A DNA stretch of 64,000 bases from positions 62,001 through 126,000 of the IMG/VR virus record IMGVR_UViG_3300020186_000013, one strand, 5' to 3'. Shown here one piece after another: positions 1 to 8,912 of this stretch (position 1 is the first letter of the stretch; each line of letters starts with the position of its first letter). Position numbers and translations under genes: made by a program. The notes under the pieces were generated by a model, which did not search any database, was not told the origin of the DNA, and was given only the letters and a program-made list of their open reading frames with translations.

Positions 1-241
1 GGTCCCACCCGATCTTCCGGAGGGCGTCAATCAGGTCGTCGTAGCCCCAGCTGTTGGGGCTGCTCTTCTTCACCTTGGCCAGCGTCCGGTTGATGTCGGA
101 TATGGCCCTCGCCTTCGTCCGCACGGCAGGCGGGGCTACCGCGATGCCGTGCGGATACGTGTCGTCACCCGACTCGTCGTAGAGGGTGACGTAAATCCGC
201 CCCTGGAAAGGCTTAGATTTGGTGTCCTTGTTCAGGAGCAT
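1..241 (-). CDS. Hypothetical protein (3' truncated by window edge)
   Basis: ATG at 241 overlaps the upstream stop (TGATG). The frame MLLNKDTKSKPFQGRIYVTLYDESG...LRKIGWD stays open to position 1. Confidence 0.7.
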   Translation of the reverse strand, partial: MLLNKDTKSKPFQGRIYVTLYDESGDDTYPHGIAVAPPAVRTKARAISDINRTLAKVKKSSPNSWGYDDLIDALRKIGWD

Positions 242-708
242 CACGTCTCCTGCGTGGGGTCGTGCTCGTAGTCGTCGTCTTCCTGGTTGGCCAGCGAGTC
301 CTTCACGAACTCCGGGTCGGCCAGGCCGATGTTCATCTCGACCGTGGCCACCCAGTAACGATCGTCGCCCTCGACGCGGAACAGCACGGTGGGGTGCATC
401 CCCGAGCCGTCGAGCATCCGCCCGCCCGCCATGAGCACCTCCGCGATGGTGCCGCCGGGCGTGATCGACAACTCGTCGTCGTCGAGGATGACCTCGCGGA
501 CCACGGCCGTCTTGGACAACTCGTCCGAGACCGAGTTGCCGTAGTTGATCTTCTCGCACAAGACGTCGATGTCGGACGCCGAAGGAGGGTCGACATCGTA
601 GAAGTGGTCGCTGTCCTTCATGGCGAGCATCAGGTCTTGGTTGAAGCTCTCTTGAAGGCGTCGGAGGGCGAACAGCACGGCGGCTGTTTCCTGCTTGTTG
701 AGTGTCAT
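241..708 (-). CDS. Hypothetical protein
   Basis: ORF 241..774. Start re-called to MTLNKQE (708) because of the TGATG overlap with the upstream gene. Confidence 0.7.
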   Translation of the reverse strand: MTLNKQETAAVLFALRRLQESFNQDLMLAMKDSDHFYDVDPPSASDIDVLCEKINYGNSVSDELSKTAVVREVILDDDELSITPGGTIAEVLMAGGRMLDGSGMHPTVLFRVEGDDRYWVATVEMNIGLADPEFVKDSLANQEDDDYEHDPTQET

Positions 709-923
709 CACAACCTTTCGGTTTGGTCCTTGTCCGCCTTGACGGACTCGGTCTCGCTGTCTTCGACGATCCACGCCTTGGCGGGGAAGCGACCCGACAG
801 GGCTGCCTGCACGGCGTTGTGCTCGGCCTCCTGCTGCGTCGCCCCCTCGACGGTGATGTCCATCGTCGAGTCAACCTGCTCACGCCGGAGGAGGGTTACC
901 CGCCACCGCTTTTTCTTTGCCAC
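708..923 (-). CDS. Small hypothetical protein
   Basis: 71 aa, GTG start with an AGGA-type SD, coupled to neighbouring genes. Confidence 0.65.
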   Translation of the reverse strand: MAKKKRWRVTLLRREQVDSTMDITVEGATQQEAEHNAVQAALSGRFPAKAWIVEDSETESVKADKDQTERL

Positions 924-1116
924 TGTCCTTCTCCTTGGTGTCGACCAGGAGCCACACGCGGACCCAGACCTGCTCGGTGCCCAGCGACACGTGGTCGGGC
1001 ACGTCGTGCTTGATGCCCTTCTCGGCGAGCATCTTCACGGTCGCGTCGACGTACTGCTGCTTGGTGGCCTCGCGTTGCTCGGGCGTCAACTTTTCGGGGT
1101 CGTATACGATAGGCAC
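880..1116 (-). CDS. Small hypothetical protein
   Basis: 78 aa, GGAG SD upstream of the GTG start. Confidence 0.65.
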   Translation of the reverse strand: MPIVYDPEKLTPEQREATKQQYVDATVKMLAEKGIKHDVPDHVSLGTEQVWVRVWLLVDTKEKDSGKEKAVAGNPPPA

Positions 1117-1189
1117 GTTTGGTCTCCGGGAATAGGGTCATGGTTTTGGAATTCCATGACCCCATAAAAAATCGAACTTAGGGTCGAGT

Positions 1190-1205
1190 TAGAAACCGGA
1201 TTCTA
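1190..1205 (+). repeat. Dispersed 16-bp quasi-palindrome, copy 1 (TAGAAACCGGATTCTA)
   Basis: Intergenic; matches the consensus TAGAAACYRGMWTCTA. Confidence 0.85.
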
Positions 1206-1213
1206 TGTCGAAC

Positions 1214-1720
1214 TTAAGCCGGCAGCGTTTCGTCTTCGTCCTTCTCGCGGAGTTCGAGCACCCGCTTTATGGCGTCTATGTGGTCGGTTTGCTCGACGCT
1301 GCGACTACCGGCGTCCGGGAAAGCCGCCTCCCTAACAGAGAGTTCTTCCCGAAGTTCCGGGGTGGTTATCAGCTTGTACACACGGATCAACGTGTTGTCG
1401 AACTCCTCCTCTTCTTCTTCCTCGGGGTTCTCACCGAATTGCTCCGTTGCTTCGTAGCGGAGCGTATCCCAGTTGACGCCCTGCTCAGCGTCGTGGTTAC
1501 GGTTCGCCTCCCGCAGCACCTCCATGGCCTGCTCGTCGGTCAGACCGGCGTAAATGCTGTGCACGTCCCTGACGTCCCACGTGATGGCGATTTTATCTTT
1601 CCAGTAGTCCTGAAGGAGTGCCAGGACTGCCTTATTGATCGCCTTCTTGGTCTTGAGCGGCTTCGCGGTCAGCTTCGCTGCGACCAGCTCGGCCATCTTC
1701 TCCAATTGGTGGCTGTACAT
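1214..1720 (-). CDS. Hypothetical protein
   Basis: 168 aa, SD GGAGAG, contains a poly-Glu stretch. Confidence 0.75.
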   Translation of the reverse strand: MYSHQLEKMAELVAAKLTAKPLKTKKAINKAVLALLQDYWKDKIAITWDVRDVHSIYAGLTDEQAMEVLREANRNHDAEQGVNWDTLRYEATEQFGENPEEEEEEEFDNTLIRVYKLITTPELREELSVREAAFPDAGSRSVEQTDHIDAIKRVLELREKDEDETLPA

Positions 1721-2018
1721 CGTCTCTCCGTTGGATGTAGTTGGCCGTCAGCCAGACGACCTCCGCTTCCTTCGCCACGCCCTCGCGGTCGAACGTGTGT
1801 GTCAGGCAGACCCGGTACTTCTCGTCGCCCGTGGCGTCAGCCAGGTGGCTGAAGTCCACGTAGAACCGACCGGCGTTCGGGCCGTCCTCCACCGTATTGA
1901 TGATGGACGCCCGCCGCCGGCTGGCGGCAAAGTCCGGTCCAAACGCCTTCTCCCATGGGAAGTTGTCGTCGTGGATTGCCCGGACCTTGCCGCCTGGTGA
2001 GAACTTCAGCCGGACCAT
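1632..2018 (-). CDS. Conserved small protein accompanying the DUF1257/DUF2997/AAA module
   Basis: Pattern GKVRAIHDD...RRAS...GRFYVDF...F.REG.A..AE..WL resembles the small gene that accompanies this module in planctomycete mobile elements (recalled, not searched). Confidence 0.55.
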   Translation of the reverse strand: MVRLKFSPGGKVRAIHDDNFPWEKAFGPDFAASRRRASIINTVEDGPNAGRFYVDFSHLADATGDEKYRVCLTHTFDREGVAKEAEVVWLTANYIQRRDDVQPPIGEDGRAGRSEADREAAQDQEGDQ

Positions 2019-2020
2019 GG

Positions 2021-3454
2021 TTACTCCTTGCCGAACATCTCCTGGAACTTCTTCGCCCCCGTCACCTTCCGCCGGACGACGCGAACCTCCTCGGCCGTCG
2101 ACCCCAGCTTCTCCATCGCGTCGGTGATCGCCGTCGCGAGGTCCTTGCGGTACGACACACCCGACTTCACCTCGGTCGCGACCTTCTGGGCGAGCGAGGC
2201 GTTGTCGTCGCCGTGCTTCCGCAGCTTGTCGAGGGTCGCTGCCAGGTTGTCGAAGCTGGCGTCGATGTTGTCGCCGTAGGCCCCGAGCATCTGCTTCTTC
2301 TTCGTCCGGATCTCCTGCATCTCCTTCAAGATGCCCTCGATCACGTTCGGGAAGATCTTCTTTTGTTCATCGACCTCGGTCGGCCGCACTTTCTCTTGGT
2401 ACGCCTTCTCGGAGATCGGCCCGACCCAGTGCGTCTTGCGGGTCTGCACCGGCTTGCCGGCCTCCTTGCTCAGCTCGGTATCGTACGTCTTGTACGACAG
2501 GTACACGTAGATCTCATCTTCCGTCTCGGCGGGCTTGGTCTTGATGACCTCGGCGTCCGGGTACAACGCCTTCCACGGGTGGTCGGCGACCGGGTCGATC
2601 CGCACCCGGTTGACCAGCTCGTTCAAGAGCGTGCCGAACCCCCTGTTGAGGTCGTCCACCATCCGGACGGTCGCGGCCTCCAGGTCACCTGACAGCTTCT
2701 CCATGAGCCGCTGCTCGGCCCGAGCGTAGATCTCGGGGGCGAGCTTCGTGCTGACGTGGTACTCCCGGAACATCTCGTCCGTACCTGTTACGCCGACGAC
2801 CTTGGTCACGTCCTCGGGGTAGTCCGAGGCGTCCCAGGCGTCGCCGCAGTTCATCTTGTCCATCTCCTTGATGGACGGGACGATGATCTGCTGGTTCTTC
2901 TTGTCGTAGTGCGTGGTCTCGTGATCCACAGCGTGCTGGACCTTGGCGGCGGCGTCCGTGATCCGCTTTGCCCTCTCGATCACGCCCTCGTAGAACTCCT
3001 GGTGATCGGCCTCGAAGATCAGCCGCACCCCGCCCAGGATCTTGCTCTTGCCCGAGTCGTCCTCGACGACGTCGGCACTCTTCACGATCGTGAAGGCGTT
3101 GCGGTATTCGTCGAGCTGGCGGATCACCGCGTTCAGCTCGCTCACCGCCGGGTGCTCGGACGTGAAGATCGACTTCGACGCCCGCACGCCCTTCGTCTTG
3201 CCCTTCACGCTCTTCGCGATCTCCGTCGCCATCTTGCCGCCGATCTTCCGGCTCTTCGGCAGGCCGTGGACCGTGAACTGAACCTCGAAACATTTTTCTT
3301 TCAAACTCTTCACCGCCGACACGTGCTCTTCGAGCGTGACGACCTTCAACTGCTTCTTGCCCGACTGGGCCTTGGGTGCCGGCTTGGTCATGGTACTCGT
3401 CATGGGTTCGTAGACCTTAAAAAACGAGCCAAGGGTGCCCGACATTATCGTCAA
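2021..3454 (-). CDS. Hypothetical helical protein downstream of the AAA ATPase (start may be 3403)
   Basis: 477-aa ORF with Lys/Glu-rich, helical composition; function not recognised. Confidence 0.75.
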   Translation of the reverse strand: MTIMSGTLGSFFKVYEPMTSTMTKPAPKAQSGKKQLKVVTLEEHVSAVKSLKEKCFEVQFTVHGLPKSRKIGGKMATEIAKSVKGKTKGVRASKSIFTSEHPAVSELNAVIRQLDEYRNAFTIVKSADVVEDDSGKSKILGGVRLIFEADHQEFYEGVIERAKRITDAAAKVQHAVDHETTHYDKKNQQIIVPSIKEMDKMNCGDAWDASDYPEDVTKVVGVTGTDEMFREYHVSTKLAPEIYARAEQRLMEKLSGDLEAATVRMVDDLNRGFGTLLNELVNRVRIDPVADHPWKALYPDAEVIKTKPAETEDEIYVYLSYKTYDTELSKEAGKPVQTRKTHWVGPISEKAYQEKVRPTEVDEQKKIFPNVIEGILKEMQEIRTKKKQMLGAYGDNIDASFDNLAATLDKLRKHGDDNASLAQKVATEVKSGVSYRKDLATAITDAMEKLGSTAEEVRVVRRKVTGAKKFQEMFGKE

Positions 3455-3499
3455 GCACCCTTGGCCATCCTAGCTCAGTAGTCGGTTACACGCCGACCG

Positions 3500-5185
3500 T
3501 CACAGCAACTTGCGGACCTTACGCTTGGCCCGCACGCCCACGGGGAGGTGGCCCGTCGATTCCGGTGCCGCCTCCTTGTTCTTCCGATAGATCTTGCCCG
3601 TCTCCGCGTCGAGCACGCGACCGTCCGCCCAGTCGCGGAGACGCTCGATCTGATCCGCCACCCGCACGCTCGACGGGATGACGATCTCGCTGGCCTCGAC
3701 CAGGGTGAGGTTGAGGTTGTCGGCCTTGCGACAGCACCCCTCGATCTCGACGCCGGCCCAACCCTTGTCGTCCGGGAGGGTCTGTTCCTCTAGCCCGTAC
3801 TTCTGCATGCAGATGTCCCAGATCTTCGCCTTCTGTTCCTTGCCCGGCAGGCCGACGTACCAGATGGCGTCGACGCGACCTTCACGGGTCAAGGCCATGT
3901 GCATCTTCGACATGTCATTGGCGGTCATGACGACGAGGACGTCGTCATGATCCCTGTGCGTGTCGAGGTACTCCATGAGTTGCTGCTTCAGGGCCTTGTC
4001 GACCGAGTGGCCATCCGACTCCTCGCCTCCCACCTGCTCGTTCACCTCGTCGATGTACGCGACCAGGTCGTGCATCGCCGTCAACTGGCTGAACAGCCTG
4101 CGGGTATTGGCCTCGGACTCCCCCACCCACTTGCTCTTCTGGTTGGAGAGGTTCATGCCGTACGTCTTCCGCTGCACGGCGTTGCCCAGGGCTTTCGCCA
4201 GGAGCGTCTTGCCCGTACCCGGAGGGCCGATGAGCAGCACCGCCCCCATCTTCGACCGCTTCTTGCGGCTCTCGGGTTGCATGATCTTCATCAAGAAGTC
4301 CTTGCAGGCGTCGTTGCCCCCGATGTCGTCCCACAGCGGCCAGTCCCGCTTCGGCCCGTCAGGCTTCTGCGGATCGACGGGCACCTTCATGTCCCAACGC
4401 TTAAGCAGCCCGTTGGCGTTCAAGAGCTGGTTTTTGATCTCCTCCACGATCTCCGTCTTGACCTTGCTGCTGCGGGTGAGGCTGCGGCCGTACGCACCCC
4501 CAGCCTGGAGCCGGGTCATGCCCGTGGACGCCTTGGCCAGAACGGACGCCTCCTCGTCGCTCAACTCGACGGGCTCGCCGTCGAGTTCCAACTCGTTCAA
4601 GATCGGCAGGAAGTCCTCGGCCTTGGGGAGTTCGTGCTTGATAATACTGAACAAGGGCATCCACTCGTTGGGGAGGGTGGTGCCCGGCGGGCAAAGAAAG
4701 ACGAGTGACTTGCACTGGCTCTTGCCGACCCGGACGAACTCCTCCACCAGGTGGAGGAAGATCATCTTGACTTCCGGGTTGGGGCTGAACAACGGCTCCC
4801 ACAGCATGTGGGCGTTCTTCATCAGGAGGACGGCCATCGGGTCGTCGTCCTGCTTGACCTTCTTCAGGAGGTACTTCACCGCCGCCAGGGCACTAGCACT
4901 GCCGCCGCCCCCGCTCTTCGGCGTCGACGCCGTGGTCGGAGCCAGGTGGGACGCGGGCGACTCTTCGTCGCCGGGCTGGGGCTTCGTCTCGTCCACCTCC
5001 ATCCCTTCCGCCGCGTTCCAGGTCATCAGTGACCAACCCTGGAACCGGCAGCTCTCGCTGATATCGACGGCCGCGTCCTCCCGCTCATCCGACAGCAACA
5101 GGATGCCGGCCTGCCCGGAACAGACGCACTCGTTGAAGTCCCGCCGCAGCGGGTTGGTCGACTTCTTCTTCTTGTCCGTGCTCAT
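3500..5185 (-). CDS. AAA+ ATPase, Ycf46-like
   Basis: WDDIGG, Walker A GPPGTGKT, SKWVGESE, Walker B YIDE, sensor TAN, SRH LTREGRVD, and a degenerate N-terminal ATPase-like domain. Confidence 0.85.
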   Translation of the reverse strand: MSTDKKKKSTNPLRRDFNECVCSGQAGILLLSDEREDAAVDISESCRFQGWSLMTWNAAEGMEVDETKPQPGDEESPASHLAPTTASTPKSGGGGSASALAAVKYLLKKVKQDDDPMAVLLMKNAHMLWEPLFSPNPEVKMIFLHLVEEFVRVGKSQCKSLVFLCPPGTTLPNEWMPLFSIIKHELPKAEDFLPILNELELDGEPVELSDEEASVLAKASTGMTRLQAGGAYGRSLTRSSKVKTEIVEEIKNQLLNANGLLKRWDMKVPVDPQKPDGPKRDWPLWDDIGGNDACKDFLMKIMQPESRKKRSKMGAVLLIGPPGTGKTLLAKALGNAVQRKTYGMNLSNQKSKWVGESEANTRRLFSQLTAMHDLVAYIDEVNEQVGGEESDGHSVDKALKQQLMEYLDTHRDHDDVLVVMTANDMSKMHMALTREGRVDAIWYVGLPGKEQKAKIWDICMQKYGLEEQTLPDDKGWAGVEIEGCCRKADNLNLTLVEASEIVIPSSVRVADQIERLRDWADGRVLDAETGKIYRKNKEAAPESTGHLPVGVRAKRKVRKLL

Positions 5186-5382
5186 ACTTTTTCCTGGGGG
5201 TTCATTTGAGCGACCGTGTAGGCACGCTCGGGCTCTTGGCTCTCGTCCGTAGGAACTTCACTGTGGGTGGAGCCCGCCATGTGCTTGCGGATGTGGGCGG
5301 TGACGTTCTGGCACTCCTTGCCAGGGTAACCCTCGGGGGAGATGGTCACCTTGCCGCCTCGGTCGAATTTCATTCGGATCAC
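5182..5382 (-). CDS. DUF2997-family small protein
   Basis: IRMKFDRGGKVTISPEGYPGKECQNVT matches the G-x-V-x4-G-x-x-G-x-x-C pattern; lies between a DUF1257-like gene and the AAA gene. Confidence 0.65.
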   Translation of the reverse strand: MIRMKFDRGGKVTISPEGYPGKECQNVTAHIRKHMAGSTHSEVPTDESQEPERAYTVAQMNPQEKV

Positions 5383-5391
5383 GGTCTCTCC

Positions 5392-6045
5392 TCAATACTG
5401 GGGCGGGGCCGGGATGGCCTGGTTGAGCCCCGTGTTCGCGGTGTCTGCGACGCCCTCGTACGTCCCGTCGGCGAGCTTCTTGAAGTTGATGTCCCAGCCT
5501 GACTCCTGAGCCGCCAGTTTGGCGGACATCATCTGGTAGAACATCAGGTACTCTCCGTGTGCGGAGATGACCTTCTTGCTGCTCCGGTCCACTTCGGTCT
5601 TGCCGACGATGTCTTCGATCCCGTACCCGCCCTGATAGAAGTCGTGGGCCAGGGAGTACGTGATCTCGCCGGTCTTCTTGTCGACGTGTGGGACCAGCCC
5701 GATCTCGTAAGGGGCCGTCCCGTAGCTCTTCACCTTCGACTTGTCCTTCACGCGGAGGATGGCCACCGCGTTCTCGCCGACGTCCGCGAGGGTCATGCCC
5801 GTCGGCATCGGCCAGTCGCCGACCAGCCGCCCCGAGTGGTCGTCCTTCCAGGTGCGGTAGTGCATACCGCCCTTGGTGACCAGTTGCCCGTTGGCGTCCC
5901 GGACGTGGCCGTCCTCGCCGATCGTATGCCCCTTGGGGAGCACCAGCTCCAGGTTGTCCTGGCACTCTGCCGCCATCTTCGCTGCGGTGATGTTCCGCAG
6001 CTTCTGCTCGACCGCACCGGGTGCGTACTCCACAACGTGTGACAC
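5392..6045 (-). CDS. DUF1257 (Ycf35)-like protein
   Basis: N-terminal MSH, YEIGLV, and C-terminal helix followed by GW...ADG; gene order DUF1257-DUF2997-AAA. Confidence 0.5.
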   Translation of the reverse strand: MSHVVEYAPGAVEQKLRNITAAKMAAECQDNLELVLPKGHTIGEDGHVRDANGQLVTKGGMHYRTWKDDHSGRLVGDWPMPTGMTLADVGENAVAILRVKDKSKVKSYGTAPYEIGLVPHVDKKTGEITYSLAHDFYQGGYGIEDIVGKTEVDRSSKKVISAHGEYLMFYQMMSAKLAAQESGWDINFKKLADGTYEGVADTANTGLNQAIPAPPQY

Positions 6046-6059
6046 AGCCTACCTCCTAT

Positions 6060-6094
6060 AATGAAAGACGCCGCCCCTATTGTAGTGGCGGCGT
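6060..6094 (-). terminator. Probable intrinsic terminator
   Basis: Minus strand ACGCCGCC-N11-GGCGGCGT followed by CTTTCATT. Confidence 0.5.
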
Positions 6095-6116
6095 ACCTCT
6101 CATCCGATCTCAGTCT

Positions 6117-6542
6117 TCACTCTTCTTCGTCGTCATCTTCATCGTCTTCATCGTCTTCATCGTCGTCCCAGTCATCCTCGTCGTCATCAAAATCGAGATC
6201 GTCGTCCTCGTAGTCATCGTCCTCGTCACTGTCCTCGTCGCTGAAGTCGTCATCTTCCTCGTCGGTGTCGTCCACGGCCACGCATTCGTGCCGGGCAGCG
6301 ATGTCGTTAAGGAAGTCGTCGTCTTCGTCCACGTCGTGGAAGTCGTCCTCAACGGCCTGGGCGGACAGATCGTCCGCGATCCGCTGCCGCAGGAAGGCGT
6401 CCAGGTCAGCGAGTATCGCCGGCCTGGTCATGCTCTGCTCGCGGATAAACTCGACGAGAAGAAACCGGATCTCTTCATCGTCCCAGTCGATTTCAGCCGC
6501 CAGTGCGTCCACGGCGTTCAGTAGTTTGTCCACGTTAATCAT
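6117..6542 (-). CDS. Protein with an extremely acidic C-terminal tail
   Basis: The last ~50 aa are mostly Asp/Glu (DDTDEEDDDFSDEDSDEDDDYEDDD...). Confidence 0.75.
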   Translation of the reverse strand: MINVDKLLNAVDALAAEIDWDDEEIRFLLVEFIREQSMTRPAILADLDAFLRQRIADDLSAQAVEDDFHDVDEDDDFLNDIAARHECVAVDDTDEEDDDFSDEDSDEDDDYEDDDLDFDDDEDDWDDDEDDEDDEDDDEEE

Positions 6543-7330
6543 TGCGGGCCTCCAAGTTGAGAAGCAGCATCGCTTGCGGCCTCTGCCTTCTGGGCGATAC
6601 TGCCGACACGTTCTTCCAGCTCCTTCGTAGTCCCCTCACGCAGGGGGAGTGCCTTCAGTTGCTGTACCAGTTCCTGCGTGCCCTGGCGGATGACGGCGTC
6701 GACGTCGTCCGATTTGTCTTGCTGGTTCTGGTAGATCATTGAGAACATTTCCGGGTCGTCACTAAAGTTGAAGCGGACCTGGTTGCTCAGGTCGGCCCCG
6801 ATGGCGATCCGGAGAATGTCCGGAGGGGTAACGTACCCCTCTTCCTTCAGAAGGTGCGAGATGTAGTGCCGGATGTCGCCGCAGAACGGTTCATCCTCGT
6901 CTGGCGGCGACAGTAACAGGGCCTCGGTCAGAGCCCACGCGGTCTCAGCCGAGTCGGGGTGCGAGACCTCGTCCGGTTGGAACTCCTCGCCCGACAGGAC
7001 GGTGGCGAGGACCAAGAAGCGAGACAAGTCCTTAAAGAACAGGTCCGTCGTCACGATCGTGATCGCCGCCATCAGTTTGTCGAAGGTCAGCTTGATTGGC
7101 TCGACGCCGGTGTCCCGCCGGATCTCGTGCATGATGGTTTCGGGTGCCCAGACGAACACATTGGGCTGCTTCGTCTCAGGGTCGAACCCGAAGTGGTCGA
7201 TGGCCCACACCAGCACGGTGGTAGCGTACGTGCCCTCGCCACGCAGCATGTCGCGGACGGCCTTGGTCGGGCCGTGCCCGAAGTCAGTCACCGTTGCTGT
7301 TGCGGACGTCCTTATGAGACTTGTCGGCAT
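6539..7330 (-). CDS. Hypothetical protein (possibly virion/late)
   Basis: 263 aa; the start codon sits in a GGC-ACGGAT-GCC hairpin like those at structural genes. Confidence 0.75.
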   Translation of the reverse strand: MPTSLIRTSATATVTDFGHGPTKAVRDMLRGEGTYATTVLVWAIDHFGFDPETKQPNVFVWAPETIMHEIRRDTGVEPIKLTFDKLMAAITIVTTDLFFKDLSRFLVLATVLSGEEFQPDEVSHPDSAETAWALTEALLLSPPDEDEPFCGDIRHYISHLLKEEGYVTPPDILRIAIGADLSNQVRFNFSDDPEMFSMIYQNQQDKSDDVDAVIRQGTQELVQQLKALPLREGTTKELEERVGSIAQKAEAASDAASQLGGPQ

Positions 7331-7808
7331 CCGTGCCCCCGTAGATCTGGCGTATCCGGTTCATCGTCTTCAGGTACAACGCGGTCACGTCGCAGTTGAC
7401 GTGGGTGATACAGGCGTCGGGAAGCTCCGGGATCTCCTCGTCGATTTGCAGGTCCAGCCAGAACTCGTTGGCTGTCGTCGACACATACCGCATGTCGGAG
7501 ATAGTCAGTACGAACGACGGTAGTTCTTCCCTCGCGTCGCCGTCGTCCAGGCCGATGCCGAGGAACGCCTGGTACTCGGCCAGGTCGCGACTGCGGCGGG
7601 TCAGAATGAGCTGCTGCTGCTGGTCGCTGATGAACCCGATGTAGTGCATCCAGTCGGCCAGCATCAGCTTTAGCTGCACGAGGAGCGGGACGTTCTTGGC
7701 CTGGTGGGGCTGCACCTTCAGGTAGCCCCGTACCAGGTAGGCGAACCGCTCCGGTTCGAGCATCACCAGGACCCGCTTCAACTGCTCAACGGTCACCGGC
7801 GTCATCAC
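7284..7808 (-). CDS. Hypothetical protein
   Basis: 174 aa, coupled to the stop of the upstream gene. Confidence 0.7.
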   Translation of the reverse strand: MMTPVTVEQLKRVLVMLEPERFAYLVRGYLKVQPHQAKNVPLLVQLKLMLADWMHYIGFISDQQQQLILTRRSRDLAEYQAFLGIGLDDGDAREELPSFVLTISDMRYVSTTANEFWLDLQIDEEIPELPDACITHVNCDVTALYLKTMNRIRQIYGGTDADKSHKDVRNSNGD

Positions 7809-8173
7809 AGGAGCGGCCTCGTCAGCGGGACGTCGATGCGGTACGCCGCCGGCCGCATCTTGGGGTGCGTGAGGGGCAGCACCTCGTCCTTGTCGCCGCG
7901 TACCGCCTCCAGAGGCTTGCCCTCGACGTTGACCGGGTACGCCGGGCCGACGTTCCCGTTGATGCGGGGGCTGCCCATGCCCTTCTGGGCGGCAAACCCG
8001 GCAGCGAGCGTGCGGGTCTGGGTCGACCCCAGCTCCTCGATAGCCAGGCCGAAGTTGGCAGTGTTGTCACTCTCGACAACGACGACGCCGCGACTGAAGT
8101 CTTCCTCGAACTTACTCTCTTCCGAGACGACCTTCAACATGATGCGATCTTCCGATTGGTAAAGAAAAGGCAT
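7805..8173 (-). CDS. Hypothetical protein
   Basis: 122 aa; the start is preceded by a GGTACAC/GTGTACC hairpin. Confidence 0.7.
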   Translation of the reverse strand: MPFLYQSEDRIMLKVVSEESKFEEDFSRGVVVVESDNTANFGLAIEELGSTQTRTLAAGFAAQKGMGSPRINGNVGPAYPVNVEGKPLEAVRGDKDEVLPLTHPKMRPAAYRIDVPLTRPLL

Positions 8174-8207
8174 GGGTACACGGCTGAAGTGTACCTCATG
8201 CCGACCC

Positions 8208-8286
8208 CGGTGGCCAGGCTAACGGGCTGCACATGAATCTCCCTTAAGCGGGAGAACTGCATGTGCAGGCCGCAGCCTGGTCACCG
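8208..8286. other. Long imperfect hairpin (~79 nt), candidate structured RNA or processing site
   Basis: Nested stems cggtggccaggct/agcctggtcaccg, ctgcacatg/catgtgcag and tctccc/gggaga. Confidence 0.6.
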
Positions 8287-8408
8287 TATGGCCGTCCGAA
8301 GAGCGAACCAGGCACGCCGCCCGGTCGCGAGTTGTTGCAACTGCCGCCAGTTGGCAGCCTCACGTCGTTCCTCCAGTTCCTGAGCGGCGGCTGTCACCTC
8401 GTCGTCGC

Positions 8409-8843
8409 TCAGGCCGGGCAGTTTGGGACCAACGCCCTCACCGCCTCCTTCGCCGCCAACTCCGACTCCGTCATGTTCAAACCCGTCTGACGGTAGAGTG
8501 TTGCCAGACTCGCCTCCAACGCCGTCGTCTTCCTCCGTAGAGCCGGCAGAAGGACGATCGTCATCGGGCTCTTCTGTCCGAGCTGGGTGTTCAGCTCGGT
8601 CAACCTTTCGGCGACTTCGCTTAATGCTGCTTCTGTCACGCTTGCTTGTACCATCTCGAACTCTGACAGGATCGACGTCCGTACCGTCGCCAGCAGACTC
8701 CGCAGACGCCCGGCCATCTCCTCCCGTGTCCTCGTCATCACGAGGAGCGGGTCGTCGCTTTCGTCCCTGGTCACGACGGGGACCAAGGCATCGGTCGAGC
8801 TGGGCTCGAACGACTCCGAGGTCGCTTCCTTCTTCTTCGCCAT
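8409..8843 (-). CDS. Helical hypothetical protein; possible -1 frameshift extension to 8281
   Basis: 144 aa, SD GGAGGAG; slippery C CCA AAC at 8427-8421. Confidence 0.7.
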   Translation of the reverse strand: MAKKKEATSESFEPSSTDALVPVVTRDESDDPLLVMTRTREEMAGRLRSLLATVRTSILSEFEMVQASVTEAALSEVAERLTELNTQLGQKSPMTIVLLPALRRKTTALEASLATLYRQTGLNMTESELAAKEAVRALVPNCPA

Positions 8844-8912
8844 TCATGACTCCTCCGAGTAGGGACGAGGACCGAGTGGTCCTCGTCGGGTATGTGGAAA
8901 TGGAAACTGTGA

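Noticed and set aside
1135-1171. Hairpin plus A tract as an intrinsic terminator
   Set aside because: The tract is on the wrong side to give a U tail on either strand.
3500-5185. FtsH or terminase call for the ATPase
   Set aside because: It has no TM or protease domain and no terminase nuclease motifs; the AAA signature and neighbours fit a Ycf46-like protein.
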